Notes: generated by a model from the letters alone, not told the origin. DNA of 62,438 bases, filler included, from Choristocarpus tenellus KU-1152 (GCA_964200185.2; 14 parts of 14 records of this genome joined end to end with filler, not necessarily neighbours in it); one strand, 5' to 3'. Shown: positions 36,789 through 51,322, numbered from the whole stretch's first letter. Numbers and translations are program-made.

Positions 36789-38804
36789 GGCATGAAGTAT
36801 GCGATCTTATGTGACTGGTGTTGATTTGGGATCCATTAGGCATGGTAATTGCAAAGTGTGTGAGTTTTTTTTTATGGAATTGATTTGGTTTTCACCAAGA
36901 GCAATCCGTAGAGCTCTGTTCAGGTTTAAGCAGCAAGTCCATAGACTTGCCTTTTGTACCATAATATTGTGTACAATTTGTACGTTACCCTTCAACCTCA
37001 GAAGAGGGAGGGATTGAGGCAGTTGATCATATGTGTATTTGTATGTATAGTTGACGGTCATTTGGCAACTCCATATTCGCACAGTGGAGTAGACTTTGTA
37101 TTTATTGAGTACTTTAAGTATAAATTAGGCGACTGTCTATGATTCTCCAGCTACCATTACATGTGAAGGAGAAAATAGATACTTTAGAGGTGCTGCACAA
37201 TGTGAGGAATGAGGTATAGCCAGTGCAAATTGAACCCTGTCCATTGTTTTTGCTGTAGACCTATTTTTGTAGATGATGTGGCATTTAAGCTCCAGTCTAA
37301 GGTGTTAAAGGAAGAACAGCGCCACCCATATTAGAACCACCATAAGCAAGTTTATGGTCCATGTCATTAGCACCTACCCAATACTATGTCCTGGTGTCTA
37401 CAGCATGATAGGTGTCTCCAGGGTCCAACGTCCACCAACAACTTGAGTATTAGAGCCGTCTCACAGTTGTACTGATGCATTTGTAAACAATTGTTATTTG
37501 CCTCGTGCAACATTCAATCAACAGTACACGCGGACCAGCCTAAGGTTGACCTGGACGAATTTGGTCGAGACAACGACCCAGGATTGTTTAGTCCCTTCCT
37601 CGAGGTCACTCTTGGGTGTACGTACAACAATATTCCATATCTACCATCTTCTATTTGTAAGAAAACTCTTCTATCTACGGATTGCTCCCGAATTGGTACT
37701 CCACTCGTAATTGTGTACGACAGAGACTTCCTTGGCAGTACTTGTTTCTAGGTAGTCTAGAGTATTTTGTATATCTTTCTCCTAGGAGGAGCAAATGACC
37801 AGGTCAATGCTAGACCTCTGATGATTGGATGGACACCAACAAGAGAGAAATAAAGATGAGGTACATACTTCATGTTGTGAGTTTGTCTAATTCAGAGGTA
37901 CAACTAGCCGTACCATCCATGCCTATCTACGAGAACAATCAATTCACGTTTAGATTGCTGCCACTGCCCAGCAGTCTGCAATCCAAAGACAGTGTGCCAA
38001 CAAAGAAAGTCCGCCTCAAATTTAACCACTGTGCCGCACGCACACTACTGCCAAAGAATGACTAAATAATGATCTAAAAGGTCAATGTTCCGGAATACTT
38101 CAAGTAGTACAGCACACTAATGTGCACAGTACTTACGTTATTTATATAGAATCTCACTTAGAGTTACTCACTGATTGAAGCTACTACTACTACTAATATA
38201 TGTATCACTCGTTCAGGTGCTCTCCCAAGTATCGTTTGGGGAGGGCGTAATGGGAGCATTTCACGACAACTCACTATGTGAGGTGACAACATAGAGAGTA
38301 AAGTCAACTTCAGTGCATGCATGCAATGCATATAAAAAACGCTTCTGTGAAAGCAAAATAGACAGGCAGCTACAATCAACAGTCTCTCACCAAAATTGAG
38401 GATGGAGAATACTATGGAGGATGGGTTTGACCGAAAATGGTGCGCGGAAAGTGCCNNNNNNNNNNNNNNNNNNNNNNNNNNNNNNNNNNNNNNNNNNNNT
38501 TAATTAATTAANNNNNNNNNNNNNNNNNNNNNNNNNNNNNNNNNNNNNNNNNNNNGAGGACGATTGTGAGCGGATGGACTCCAGCACGGCTTCGGTTCCC
38601 ACACTCCCCTCCATGGCAGCATAGTAGTGTTCTGGGCTGGCAGGGGTACGACAGGTGAGGCACGGGATAGGATGTAGGGGTCTGACGTGGAAGTATAGAG
38701 CCGAGGCACAGCCCAGATCCAGTGAGTGTGTGCAGGAGAAAGTACTGGCTGTTGTATCTCGGAAAAACAGACCGCACATGCTCCGGTGTAAGCTGACGTG
38801 GTTG

Positions 38805-39340
38805 TTAGGACGGGCTTGGGTTGGGGTTTCTAGTAGGAGAGGCTGGCCTTCGAAGTCCCATAATATCTCTCATCACCGCCTCCCTTGCCTCCTCCTCCTC
38901 ATAGTCGTGTAGGGGCGGGTCCCTCTCCCTGCTACCATCGTCGTGTGCCTCTACCACCTCTCTGGCCCCATCCCCCTGTGTGCTCGTTCGGTTTTCCGTC
39001 CAAGCTTCGCCATCCTGCAGAGACGAAACGTGTCCACCTATTCCCAAAGAAGAGTGGTGTGCTCTGCTTATGTTCCCCTCTTGCCTGTGCCTATCTCGTG
39101 GACCGCCATTCCCATCCTCGATCACCTCCACCTCGTCTCCTTGTGGGCCCATTCCGTTCTCTGTCCATCCTTCTCCGTTCTGCGAAATCGAAACCCGTGC
39201 GTCTATTCCCGAAGCTGGGTTAAACCCTCCACTTATATTTGTTCCTTGCCACTCCCTGCCCAGTGTACCGTCGTCGCCTTCCTCCATCACCTCCACAACC
39301 CCATTCCCTCCTCCTTCAAATTTTCTTGTCAACTGTTGTA
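38805..39340 (-). other. Acidic/Gly-rich ORF segment with ~54-aa internal repeat (~2.3 copies); probably TE-derived
   Basis: VEVMEEGDDG...NIS...GI...VS..Q.GE.WTEN....QGD occurs twice plus a partial third copy. Confidence 0.4.
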
Positions 39341-39728
39341 TATCAAGCAAACGTGGTCGTAGGCATTTTACACTTGTTCCCAAACGACTACAGAGCGACG
39401 CCCTTGCTGTATGTGCTCCCCATGTGCCTTTAAGAGTAGTTACATGTAGATATGTATTGAACATTGCCCTCGGTGAGCCCATTTCGATGGAGTTGTGGTG
39501 GTGCAGCAAGCACTACATCTACACCACCCCTCCACAGCATACCAGTGTCATATGTATAAAGTACTGTAACTTGGGTAAAATTACACTCATTACGATGTAT
39601 TCACTCATATGTATAGTACACCTTTCCAAGAAAAGTATCCGCAAGCTGTTGGATGACTGGACAGACGACTCGCAGTTCAAATCAAATCAACGTTCAAAGC
39701 CAATCTCCCTCCAATACCTTGCCCTACA

Positions 39729-39986
39729 GAGCCAAAGTATCTTAGAGAGTTGAGCCGCGTCCATTTGGGGGTCAAAATCCAATGTTGCGATTTAGATGTA
39801 ATTTTTGCTATCGTGTTTGTTAGGAAGTGTCAATATCCTTATTGCGGATACACATTTTCATAACATATACATTTTACCTACTTCGAAATATTTTGGAGTA
39901 GGAAATGACATAAAAAACCCCGAGGGAAGCCAAGCCCCAAATGGACAAACAGGGCAAAACTCGTACCCTCTAAGATACTTTCACTC
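39729..39986 (-). mobile_element. MITE family A, full-length copy with 3-bp TSD ACA/ACA
   Basis: GAGCCAAAGTATCTTAGAG ... TACCCTCTAAGATACTTTCACTC. Confidence 0.93.
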
Positions 39987-41348
39987 ACATATTAATTTGC
40001 ACTCTACAAGGATAATATACAGTGCGGTATCAAAAACACCACCGTGGATCAAATGTAGCTGCACCGCCATGCACCTCCCATCGCACGCACTGAATAAAAT
40101 AACTTTTTCTCTGATAAAAATAAATCACGACTAAAGATCCTCTCTTCGTCCACCTTATCATTGTTCTTTTACCCTATCACCACTAAGCTCTCCATAGGTC
40201 ATCCCTCTTCCAATTCTCCTGCTTGCAAAACTCAGATTACTTCAGAAAGTTCCCCATTTTCTGGGTTGAACCAAATTTCTCAGAAAATTAACCTCAAAAC
40301 AGCATGTCGATATATAGCATACGGCATTTATGGTGTGACAACAGACAATTCTCCTTTCCACAGTGAGATTTTCTTGGATGAGTTAGCCACCGTGAATGCA
40401 GTAGGGGAGAGAGGGCAATGAACATTGTGGGAAAGGGGGTGTCAAGTCCCGTTCTAGACAGATAGTGTCCGTTGCCACACAAGTGCCTCTCTCGAGACGT
40501 GCCATTTGTTTCAAGCTGGAGACACCATACAGCTGATGGGCAAGAAGGGGTCTCTTAGATTCTTGGCATGCTCCCCTAGCTCCCCGCCCACCTTTGTAGA
40601 GCTAAGCTAGGTTGGAAGCATAACAGCATACACATTACTTTGTATCACAGCATTTATTTGAAAGGAGATATGGTCGTACTACTAGTTTTCAAATAGTTTT
40701 TTTTTAGTAGGGAGACGTCTAAGGATTGACAGCTCATATATTTAAATAGTACCCTGTCCTTCTGATATAGATTTGGTTTTCCCCACACATCTACAAATAT
40801 TGGAGGGTATAATATGAGGTGGTTTGATTGAGACGAAGAATTGAAATAAAGACTAGTGGAAAATAACCGTTTCTAGTCCAGTAAAATTATGTGGATATTC
40901 CGCATCAGATAAGAACTCCTATAGGTTGTTGCGATATGTGAGCATTGTCTACGAAGCAAAGTGTGAACATATTTGAGACCACATACGTCAAGAGGCGAAC
41001 TTGTAGCCGGTTTGAAGGGAAGGATAAAACACCTCAAGGCAAAGGGAACAACTTCAACTGGAGAGGAGCCAAGAAAAAAAGGTATTGAATTAAATGATTG
41101 CACATTGTGGAGGGAGCCACAAGGAGTGTCTTCTCTGCACTCTCCTCAACATTTGTCCATGGATAAAAACTGGTAGTGCCTGTGCTGCCACCATCAGCCA
41201 CAGCTGAGAATGAAATGTTGCATTAATAATAAACAGACTTGACAGCAAGTAGTGTGACAGGTGAATTGCATATGCAGCTACCTGTGTCCGACCAGCCCGA
41301 GCACCAAGTATGGATGTAGACCGCCTGAAAGGGAAGGTTTAAGTCGCA

Positions 41349-41395
<47 letters not shown>
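41349..41395. repeat. (TAG)n microsatellite
   Basis: Direct observation. Confidence 0.95.
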
Positions 41396-41465
41396 TATCT
41401 GTGACTTTAAGGTACTAAATCGTCAGTTATCAGTAGTTGTGTTTGTTACGAATTCTGAAAGTCAA

Positions 41466-41497
41466 GGGTCAAAGTATCTGGGGGGGGGGGGGGGGGG
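41466..41497 (-). mobile_element. MITE family B terminus with poly-G (contig end)
   Basis: GGGTCAAAGTATCTGGGGG... Confidence 0.7.
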
Positions 41498-44400
41498 NNN
41501 NNNNNNNNNNNNNNNNNNNNNNNNNNNNNNNNNNNNNNNNNTTAATTAATTAANNNNNNNNNNNNNNNNNNNNNNNNNNNNNNNNNNNNNNNNNNNNGGA
41601 CAAAAAGCACATGAAACTGCCTTCTTCATAAACTATTTGTTTCACACCCCAAACGTCTGGACAAAAACCCCCCCCCCCCCCCCAAACAACCGAAACTACT
41701 GAGCTCAACTGACCCTAACCCTAACCCTAACATTGAGTGCAGTAGAGAGCAACATGTTGGGATGACCCATGTCCTCAAACTGTATGGCCCTTGGCAGGCG
41801 TGCTCATGATGCCCACATACGATATTAACAACTGCAATTATTGCAGTTTCACGTTTGCCCCGTACACCTGCACCGTGTGGTAAAAAAAAATAGGACCACC
41901 CTCGGAGTACACAGACAACCCCTGGTGGGATGGATGTTGTGAAAAATAAGACGATGAAGTGCGGGAGATGGCAACACAAGTGAACTCAAACCAATACAAA
42001 AAAAACAGTTCAAAACGCAACAAATAAAGGTACCCATGGACTCAAACCAAAAACACTCTACAGTAGTGTCGGAGCATCCTACGCTGTCCCTGCTGCATCT
42101 CCTGCCTCGAATCCCTTTCCGGTTCCTTGGTTTCCCCACATGGCCTGCTTTCTCGCGGCCTCTTGCGCCAGCTCCACCTCCTGCGGTTTCTCGCTGTCGA
42201 ATAACCCGTGCCCAGGCTTGGGCCTTTCCTTTCGCATGAGGGGAATTGCACACAAGACGCAAATCGCGGAGGTTCCCACGAAGACCTGTACAAAGACACC
42301 ACAAGGGAGGCAAAGGTCACCGATGATTTGAAGCCTTTAGTGTTTTGTCGTCGCTCAATTAAAACACTGCAATGCCGTGTGAGTAGGTTCACCTGTAGGC
42401 GGCAGCGCTGGGCTACCGTAGAAGTCGTAGGTAGAAGGATTACTACCATAGCTTGCACGGTCTTCCTCAATCTAGTATCTAGGTGCACAGAACAATCTCC
42501 CGACCTCGTGGACACAGAACATCTAATGTCTCCGAATAATACACAATACTGTTTTGTCCCAGACGAGTTAGAATAGCCTGTGTACCATGATTTCCTTTGT
42601 GCCGCTAACTGGATTCTACTCCAACTACAGTCGAGGGAAGAGGGCAGCTTTCTTGTCCCGCAATTTCTTCCTCATATTCCTCATATTCCTCATATACCCT
42701 TCCTTGCACCATTACCTGTCCATCACCAGTCAGGTTCGTTCTCTGAGGGCATAGAAAGCGCCTATCATCCGAGATCATGAGATGGAACATTCATCACTAC
42801 CCCAATATACATCTCCAAAAAACGTGTTCGTGACCCAGTATGTATATTGTCGTGGTCATGCTGCTATCATTGAAGGACATACAATGATCTTCCCGAAAAT
42901 TTCTATTCTACCTAGGACAACGCTTGTCTCAGGAGTTGGTAAACCCCAAACTCCATTTCTTTCTTGTTCAAAACAGTTGGTATAATCACTAACATGACTA
43001 CCTACAATTTTTCCATGTAAGTACAGAACAATCTCTATCTCCGACCCCAAGACAAATGAATTCAGTTAGTCTCTTCATGCACCTTTCCATTCTGCCCCAT
43101 GGGGAGCTTGTTGAACAGTCTATGGATCGTCTGCAACACCATGGTCTTGATCTATTTTAACAATAGTAGAGTGCTAGATATATTCAAACCCTTACAATAG
43201 TAGTAATCCCTAACCTTAAAATATGTGTAGATATCGATTCCCTCTTTGTCATATTTCATCCACATATGAATTGAGAAAAGAAAAAAACGGCATATCAGTT
43301 CCATTTGGATGGATCTAATGGGGTACGATGAAATATCAGAATTACTTCGATATCCAACTTACACACCCCTCGTTTAGAATAATACACTGGTTACAGAAGA
43401 GGTGAACAACGATTGTGTGAGAGATAGGAAGGGTTTGATGTCTTTTCAGGTCTGTCAGGAGTTCCTGGAGGGAGAATAATTTTGGTTAATTGTTGGAAAG
43501 TTGAAAAGGTAATGGCCAAGATCAATTCATACCTCAATGGAGTGTCTGCTGGGACTACACATTGATACGTTTTATCATACTAAAGCAATCTCGCTTGAGG
43601 AAATGACGTGTTACTCCTAGTCTAGCGTTAATATCGTGTCCACATCATAGCTACTATGCTAGAGATCGTCCGCGTCTATTTGCTTCTTGTCCACACCGTT
43701 GTCTTTGCACGTGTGGTAGGAGGGGGTGATTGGGAGTGGCATTTTCCCACTTCACAAAACCTTTGACCCTCTTTTTCGGATTTTTTAAAATCCATAATGC
43801 TGACGAAACCATCAATCCAGATTCTAGGCGTTAGAGTTGGCCACCAGTGATACATGAAAATGTGCATGTGGAAACAGACAAGTTATTGGTTGCAGGGATC
43901 CTAGAGAGCTCTCTTTCGTCTTGGGGTAGTCCATTATTAGTAGGGCAGAAGAAAGACAGTAGCGTAAGGATTACAGTCAATGCCAAGTGTTTGAACTGAT
44001 GTTCGTTGATCCCACAATAAAGACTCTCACTGATTGATGGACGACTTGTTGCAAGGAACTAGGGAATCTGAGACTTTCTTGACGGCTGGTTTGAAAAGTG
44101 GTTTAATCAGAGATTACAATAGCAAAGGGCGCTGTACCTCTGACTGCAGTTTGTACTCCTGCAAATGTACCTTTGTTCATCTATTGTGTACTGTTTACTC
44201 AATAGAGTAATAGTACAATAAAAATAACACAAACGTCATCATCCACTATCTATGTTGTAATAAGTGTGTTTCCAACAAAATAGTAGAAATATCGATATCT
44301 TTGGTGCCATCCATGCAGAATCCATACTACTTTCATAAAAATATATACTACGATTTTGAAAGAAATTTCATATGGACTCCACTCAAAACAATTTTTGTCA

Positions 44401-45139
44401 CCTTCGCAGGTCAGGTACTCTTCCACCTCATAAGAAACAACTCCGGACACCCAACAGACATGTCCAATAACGCAACATAATTTACATTTACTTGACAAGA
44501 CTTGCGTGAAACCTACTACATAAAGGACAACACAATGTAAGCAAAATTACACACCACACCCTGACTGAGATGTTTAAGAACTACTGGTTGCATGCCAAAA
44601 AATTAAGTTGCTTGGCCATCTTCACCAACAGCAATAATGAAGGCGAGATATGAAAGTGTGTGTAGAAAAGTCTACAAGTGAGTATTCATTATAGACAAGG
44701 TTTAAAAACTCATACTACCAAAGGGACATCTATTGCCTCTTCTCTCTTGCACATGCTCTAACCCTAACCCCAACCCCTCCAACTCATTGCCAATGCTACA
44801 ATAGGACACCCAACAACATCAATAAACACTAAAAACATGACCAAGATAACCTCAAGGACGCGTTTCAAGCATGACCAAAACAAGCACACCAACATTCCAC
44901 CACCAGTGTCAGGCCACACACACACAAAATAGACTTGTTTAAGTGTTTCACATCAAGCAGAAGATTAGTTTAACCACGACCTGGAACCTCAACATGGAGG
45001 GTAGGGGGTGGGAGGTGGAAGAAGGCGATGGCATGGTTGAGTGGTCGAAAAATGTACCAACAATGTGTACTACATACCAACAAGCATGAAAGAAACCTTT
45101 CGTCATAGTCCGTTGAAAACCTAGCAATCAAACTCCCTC

Positions 45140-45376
45140 CTACCAATAGCTGTGGTAGTACCAAGCAAACAAGACAGGCATGTTTGCCCTCACTTTTGGA
45201 ATGACCTCAAGAGAGGAATGCTGCTCAAATACTCGAGGGAGCAGACCAGTTGGTGGGGTCTTCAGAAATAATCCATGCATCCTAATGGCTCCATGAGACA
45301 AATAGCTCAGGCTATTTAACAGTGTTTGGTAGCACAAAACACATTCTTGCATACTGCTTACCTGGCCACCTGTCAA
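45140..45376 (-). mobile_element. Possible decayed CRE-type LINE reverse transcriptase remnant
   Basis: KVRANMPVLFAWYYHSY resembles the 'v....P.l..w....Y' segment that follows the DxxNAFN motif in CRE-like RTs; otherwise heavily degenerate. Confidence 0.3.
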
Positions 45377-46181
45377 TCTTCAATAATACCAACCATGACA
45401 GTCTCTAGAGATAATTTACTCATGTAAGATTTAGATGTACCATACAAAAATAACAAAAAGAATCGAGATGTTTTCACAAAAAAAAAGTTCAGCATTGAAG
45501 CCCACCTCAACAGAAACTGGACAATTAGTGAAACTGCCTATTCATCTGAAACTCCCAAAACACATCTCTTACAGCCAAAAAATGAGGAACAATAAATTTT
45601 TCGACTCTATGTGTGAGAGTTTTTCTGCAGAGACATGGCAATAACAATGCCCCCTTATAAAACCACGCATGCGGAGGGTGGCCACCTATGCCTCATCCCA
45701 AAGCATCCTTGAGGGAGGCTTTGGCAGCAAGTTCATTTTGAGCCCTTGTGAGGATGGTCAGTTCGTACATAAAACGATACGCTGTGCTGCGGGTCTTTAA
45801 AAAAAAAAAGAGTGTTATCATAAACATTTCACAACATATTTCCAATGCCATCAACAGTAATGAAGCAGAGAGAGGAAATCCCCCCCGCCCCAAGTCACAT
45901 CAAGCACAAACCGATTAATCAAAATGAGTGTTGGAAGGCGTGTGTCGAGATAGTAGTGTAATATCAATATACATACAACATTCCCCCCAGGAGAAAGTAA
46001 AGAGTGTCCCACCCCATTCGGGAGTGGCCAATCATGGAAGGCGCCACATAAGGAAGCGAGATGAGCACATTTCCGCAGCAGGGAAGCATTATGTTCATTC
46101 ACAGCAAAAAGGTTGCAGTTTGAGTCCAAAGTATCATCAAAGAAAATTCCAAGAAAATTCCAAGGGTGGCAGGCATGACGA

Positions 46182-46183
<2 letters not shown>

Positions 46184-46225
<42 letters not shown>
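46184..46225. repeat. (AG)n microsatellite
   Basis: Direct observation. Confidence 0.95.
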
Positions 46226-46229
<4 letters not shown>

Positions 46230-47463
46230 ATGTAAGTAACTGAAAATATACAAGATGTTCAATGGCAATTCACCCTATCTCTTATCCTCAAGTCCTGCAA
46301 TGCCTGACAAGAACACACCATCCTTCACAGAAAAGCATTCACAAAAGAGGCACACACAACAGGGAGGGTGGAATGTGATACACACTGTACATGGAGTATT
46401 CCAAGATAAAATGAAATAGTCGTAACCACGGACAGAGCATGAGGACATTTCTGAACCGGAGGATGGATGGTGAATGGATTACCTACTGGATGGTGGAAGT
46501 AGACCCCTACAACAGTACTTTGCCACACACAATTTTTTTTTTTTTGGGGGGGGNNNNNNNNNNNNNNNNNNNNNNNNNNNNNNNNNNNNNNNNNNNNTTA
46601 ATTAATTAANNNNNNNNNNNNNNNNNNNNNNNNNNNNNNNNNNNNNNNNNNNNGGTATGAACTGTGGGGGAAGCCGGGGTGGCATCTTTGTCAATAGGGT
46701 TAGGGTAAGGGGTGGTAGAACATTGATGCGGTAAAGCTCTTTACCGCCTGGAAATAGCCCCTCAAAAAAAAAGAAAAAGAAGCTCTTTACCGTTTTCACA
46801 CATGCTGTAACTGTTTGGTTGATTGGCTGTTTGTTTGCACTTGTGTGGAGGAATTGGCTATATTATCATCGCCCCAAATCTGACCTAAGGGCACCCTGGC
46901 CCATGTCATGGAGGCCACAACTCATCATCACCCTGATCCCATGGGTAGTTGAGTGCTAAGTTGGCACATGGGATAGCATGGCTGACATGTTGCAGGCACT
47001 GTGGGAGGATTGACTGCAAGGTGACTGTTAGTACAGTGTCAACCTGAACAGCAGAAGAAGCCATTCAAGAGAGCTCTTGCAAAGCTAACAATGTTGAAAG
47101 GTCATGAGCACCCAGTAGCAAGAGGCGCCATAGCCCCTGAATGTTGGATAACCATGCAGAACCCGTGCAAAACTTGGAAGATAGCGTCAGGTTGACTGTC
47201 CTAGTAGTGAAAGTTTAGGGTTAGGGTCAGTGTCATTGGATGTGCCGAATGCATCCAAGAATGAACGGGTTGGATCAATTTGGATCAATTTGGCTCAGTA
47301 CTATGTTGTCAATTGCAGGTTCAGTGTCCATCCCTCCTCCTACCTAAACCTCTCAGACATTGATTCAAATAATTGATGCTTTGAAATGGGTGTAGCTCTG
47401 AAGCGCAATGCCATCCTTCAAGCAATCCTCTTTCTCACTTGCAAAGAACCCTTTGTTTGTTTG

Positions 47464-47465
<2 letters not shown>

Positions 47466-47503
<38 letters not shown>
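47466..47503. repeat. (TG)n microsatellite
   Basis: Direct observation. Confidence 0.95.
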
Positions 47504-47504
<1 letters not shown>

Positions 47505-47764
47505 TTGGAAATGAGTCGATTAAAATAATCTTTTGATCTACTCGTGCTCATTGCAATACACCAGTGTTGTTTGTTCCAACATGTTTGTTCCAACATGTTT
47601 GTTCCAACAGCAGTATCATCTAGTGCTAGTAACAGTTCACCGTCCATGTGGATGTAGAAAGAAAAAGAGCTGTGTCAGTTACACCATGGCTTACTGTTAC
47701 CCCTCCCACACCACTGCGGTTTCCTCTCAACCATGCGCACGAGCATCCGTCACAAGCCCCTGCA

Positions 47765-48035
47765 TGAAAGTTACCTTGGAGTGAACGGCCACGTCCATTT
47801 GGGGGCCGGACTCCAACGTTGCGATTTTGATGTAGTTTTGGCTGTGGTATTTGTGAGGACATGTCGATATCCTTGGTCCAGACACACGCCTTTTTATAGA
47901 TTAATACATACTTGAAATCTCTACTCGAAAACATACATACATTTTACCAACAAAAAAAACAAACATTTTTGAACAGGAAAAAATGTCTTGGAAAACCGGT
48001 GGGAAGCCAAAACTCGTACTCTAACCCTAAGATGC
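47765..48035 (-). mobile_element. MITE family A, old diverged copy
   Basis: GCCACGTCCATTTGGGGG..CCAACGTTGCGATTTTGATGTAGTTTTGGCT..GATATCCTT..GGGAAGCCAA..AACTCGTAC is collinear with family A. Confidence 0.75.
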
Positions 48036-51000
48036 TCATAATTCCCGAAACCTTTTGGCGCCATTCCAGGACCATTCCAGCACCGTTCCTGCAACTTGTC
48101 TTGTCCGTCTGAAACTCGGGGAGTATGTTCAATAGGTTCGTATCCGACAGCCCCTTTGGTGTTTGTGCTCCCTTGCCCCGTTCTCTAGAGGGTCGACCCT
48201 CCACCATGACCAATGGGCGCACTGCAGCCAGTTCAAGAGCTGAACTGGACTGGCAGCACTGGGGCAGCCTGGAGAAGGAGAGCACCATGCTTCGGATGCT
48301 ACGCTCTCTTCGGGCTGCAGATAGCAAAGGAGTCTTCAGCCGGGAGCTTGATGCTGAAGCACTTGAGGTGGGCCGAGAGTTGGAGTACTAGATGGAGTTG
48401 TTTGCGGTTGGTGAGGCGTTGGTTGCGTAGTAGTTTGTTTGTTCGTTGTGGGGGACTGGGGGCTGGCTGTGTTGGCTCTGCGGGACAGACCTGGATGTAG
48501 GCGGATTTCTCGAAGGTAAGCATCGTTGTATATCCCTTTGTCCCTTCTGTGTTGGATCACTGAACCTCAGTAGAGCTTCGTGTTCTAGTGCTTGAAAACG
48601 CCTGGATGTATTCGCTGCTTGAGAGGATACATGTATCCAGGGTGTGGATGCTAAGACCACGTCTACATTCCGGTGTTTTTATGTGTACAATAAATTGTAT
48701 GAGAACGAAATGTCTGCATGTGGAGAGGGTTCCGCCTCCCCAGTTGTTGAAAGCCCCTTTGATGGATTTTTTGTTGTTGCTGTTGCCTGAGGCAGAGTGA
48801 GAGCAGGCAGGCAGGCAGCAGGGCAGGAAGATGCCTCAGAGAGGGCATGCGGTACAGGGTACACAGAGAGATAGGATAGAACTCAAGGTCAGATTTGTTT
48901 TGTCAGTTGTGGATCTTTGCTGGGATGAGGGCTAGGGTAAGTGTACAACCCAAAGGGTGGAATATGCGGCTTGCCTCATACCTAGAGGTGAGTTGGGTGC
49001 AGACTCCATCTAGACAATAAGGTAGAAGTATCAACGAGTTGAGTGTGCTGGGAGCAATATCTCCACATTGGTCCCTTTTAGGAAATCCAGGGCAGGGTAT
49101 GGAAGATACGGTAATGATAGCAGTCATTGATGCAGAATGCAGGCAGGGTGATTAGCAGGGTGGGGTATAGCAGTCATTGCCTTGGAGGCCTTACAGGCCC
49201 TTGCACATGCTTTGGGACTGAACGAAGCTCTGCAAGCAAGCAGTATGTGCTTGACAAGCCCTGCTCACTTATTGAACAAGGGGTGTGGTCCAGCTCTTTC
49301 TGCATGTGAAGGCATTGAAATACCACTACACCACTGTAGTGGCTGTCCCATGTGGGAATACTGCTGTGGTGATACAGACACGCTTCAATATTTTGCCAAA
49401 ATCAGAGGCCAGAGCACTGCCCAACTTGATCTGTTGGGCATCACCCCACTCACCCTACTAGTTCTTGTGCAATATAGACTGGTAGTCTATATGGTTTATT
49501 GTATAAAAGTGAATGAAGTCATTTAACTTGAACGTATAAGTGACTGACGTAGTGTTACTGTCACAAATATGTTTACTAGTCTATATTGCACAGTTCTTAC
49601 GTACTCTCTCTCCCTCAGAGGTCATCCTCAAACTTGGTGTTTCTCATTGAGTGTGTTTCCTGGACTCCCTTTTCACAGTCACGCTCTCCTCCCACCATAG
49701 AGTTGAGAAAATGACCCTGAGGATTTGAACTCGTGCCTTCCAACTTTGTCAACATATTGAAATACCACTATATCACCAAGGCAGAAGTCCAACCCAAGGC
49801 CTTCATATTTGCCTTGATGGTATAGGAGTAGCTCAGTATCTCGACTCTGGATAATGGTCAATATTGATGCTGGTTCCTACTAGCTATGTGCCAGTACAAC
49901 AATTTAGGCATGTCGCAGGACTGCTAAAGAGCAGCAGGTGACCTCATGGCAGTGTCATTAGATAGGAAGGGAGTAGCCTTGAGGCAGCCTCGTTGAATTT
50001 CTGTATTGCTTAGGAGATTGATGGAGCATTGTCCATTAGCCTGTACTGAAATGGTGACGTGGGAAGGTTGCCTGCAGTAGGGTGTAGCGCTTATGAGGAA
50101 CCATCACTCAAGCAAGGTGCACACAATTAGGAGGTCTCACACTAGCAAGTGTTGTGTGCTGATTGACCAGTGCTCATGACTCAGCTGAATTCATGCACAT
50201 ATTTTCGAACATGATTGTGAGTTGTGTATGGCGACCTGTGCTGTGTAGTTGGCGTCTGTGATTCAGGCGAATCAGATTACTTCAAAGGCCATACCTGGTG
50301 CTATCCAAGCTTCATAACGGTCTGCCCTAACCCTAAGCAGCTAACTTTTTTTTGTGTGTTTGCTAACCTTCGTATGGAATTGAATGTGATTGGCAGGAAT
50401 TGGGGATGAGTGACTACTCGCGGGTGGTGAAGAATCCGCTTGACCTCGACACTGTGGCCAGGTGAGGAGGATACTTCAGCCATTGAAGTATACTGAAAGT
50501 ATCTTAGATAGGCTCATGACTGTATTCCAAAGCAGGAGAGTAGGAAAGAGCTGATGTTCAAGTATGAACCACTGATGATCAAGTATGGCCGTATCACAGT
50601 AAGAGGTAGACCAAAGCACCTCCAGCAAGAGAGGGATGGGTGCCAAGTGGAAGGAGGCCAGGTGAAAACCGACAGGTTTTGGTGGAGGGCTGAGTACCAG
50701 GCCGTTATTGGGATGTAAGTCTGGTCTATGCTGCATCTGGGAGAGAAGCTAGTATCAAAGTGATTCACAGATCCATGACACTCTCTCTGTAGGTGGAGAT
50801 GGGTTGCAGTGTGTCATGATACTCTATTCTGGTTAGCAGAGAACTTACTGACTTTTTGATGCTAGTATTGACTTCACATATAAGCTGCATATCTCTGCGC
50901 ACCTGTATGCTGTGCCCAATGTGCTCTTCCGAATTTGTCAATCGCAAGTTGACCTAGGGTTGAGGATATGCTCCGAGCACATAGTTTAGTAGGGCGTTTG

Positions 51001-51322
51001 ATCTGATGCGAGAGATACGATGTATTGCACAAACTGTTCGTATGAGTAGGAAGAACAGGAGCACCTCTCTTCACTTTGTCAGTTGACAGGACTTCACTGC
51101 CACTGTCTTTTTTTTTAATTCTTTGTGTCAGTCACCATGGACGACACTTCGTACCTGATACCCACTATGAGATACAGGGCCGTAGTTGCAGCTAGATCAG
51201 GCTGCCTCTGTTCTGGCAATATTTTGAGTAGGCTAGCAGTGGAAGGTCATCCATCCCTTGGGTTGCAGGCTTTGTTATCAGTTGGTGTAATGTCAGCAAA
51301 TCCCATTGTAGTACTGGGTTGT

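Noticed and set aside
9214-38115. Shared 17-mer TGCTGTACTACTTGAAG at ~9214 (+) and ~38100 (-)
   Set aside because: Flanks do not align; chance or too decayed to interpret.
42036-42576. Cluster of overlapping ORFs on both strands
   Set aside because: Explained by local high GC; no recognisable domain or consistent splice structure.
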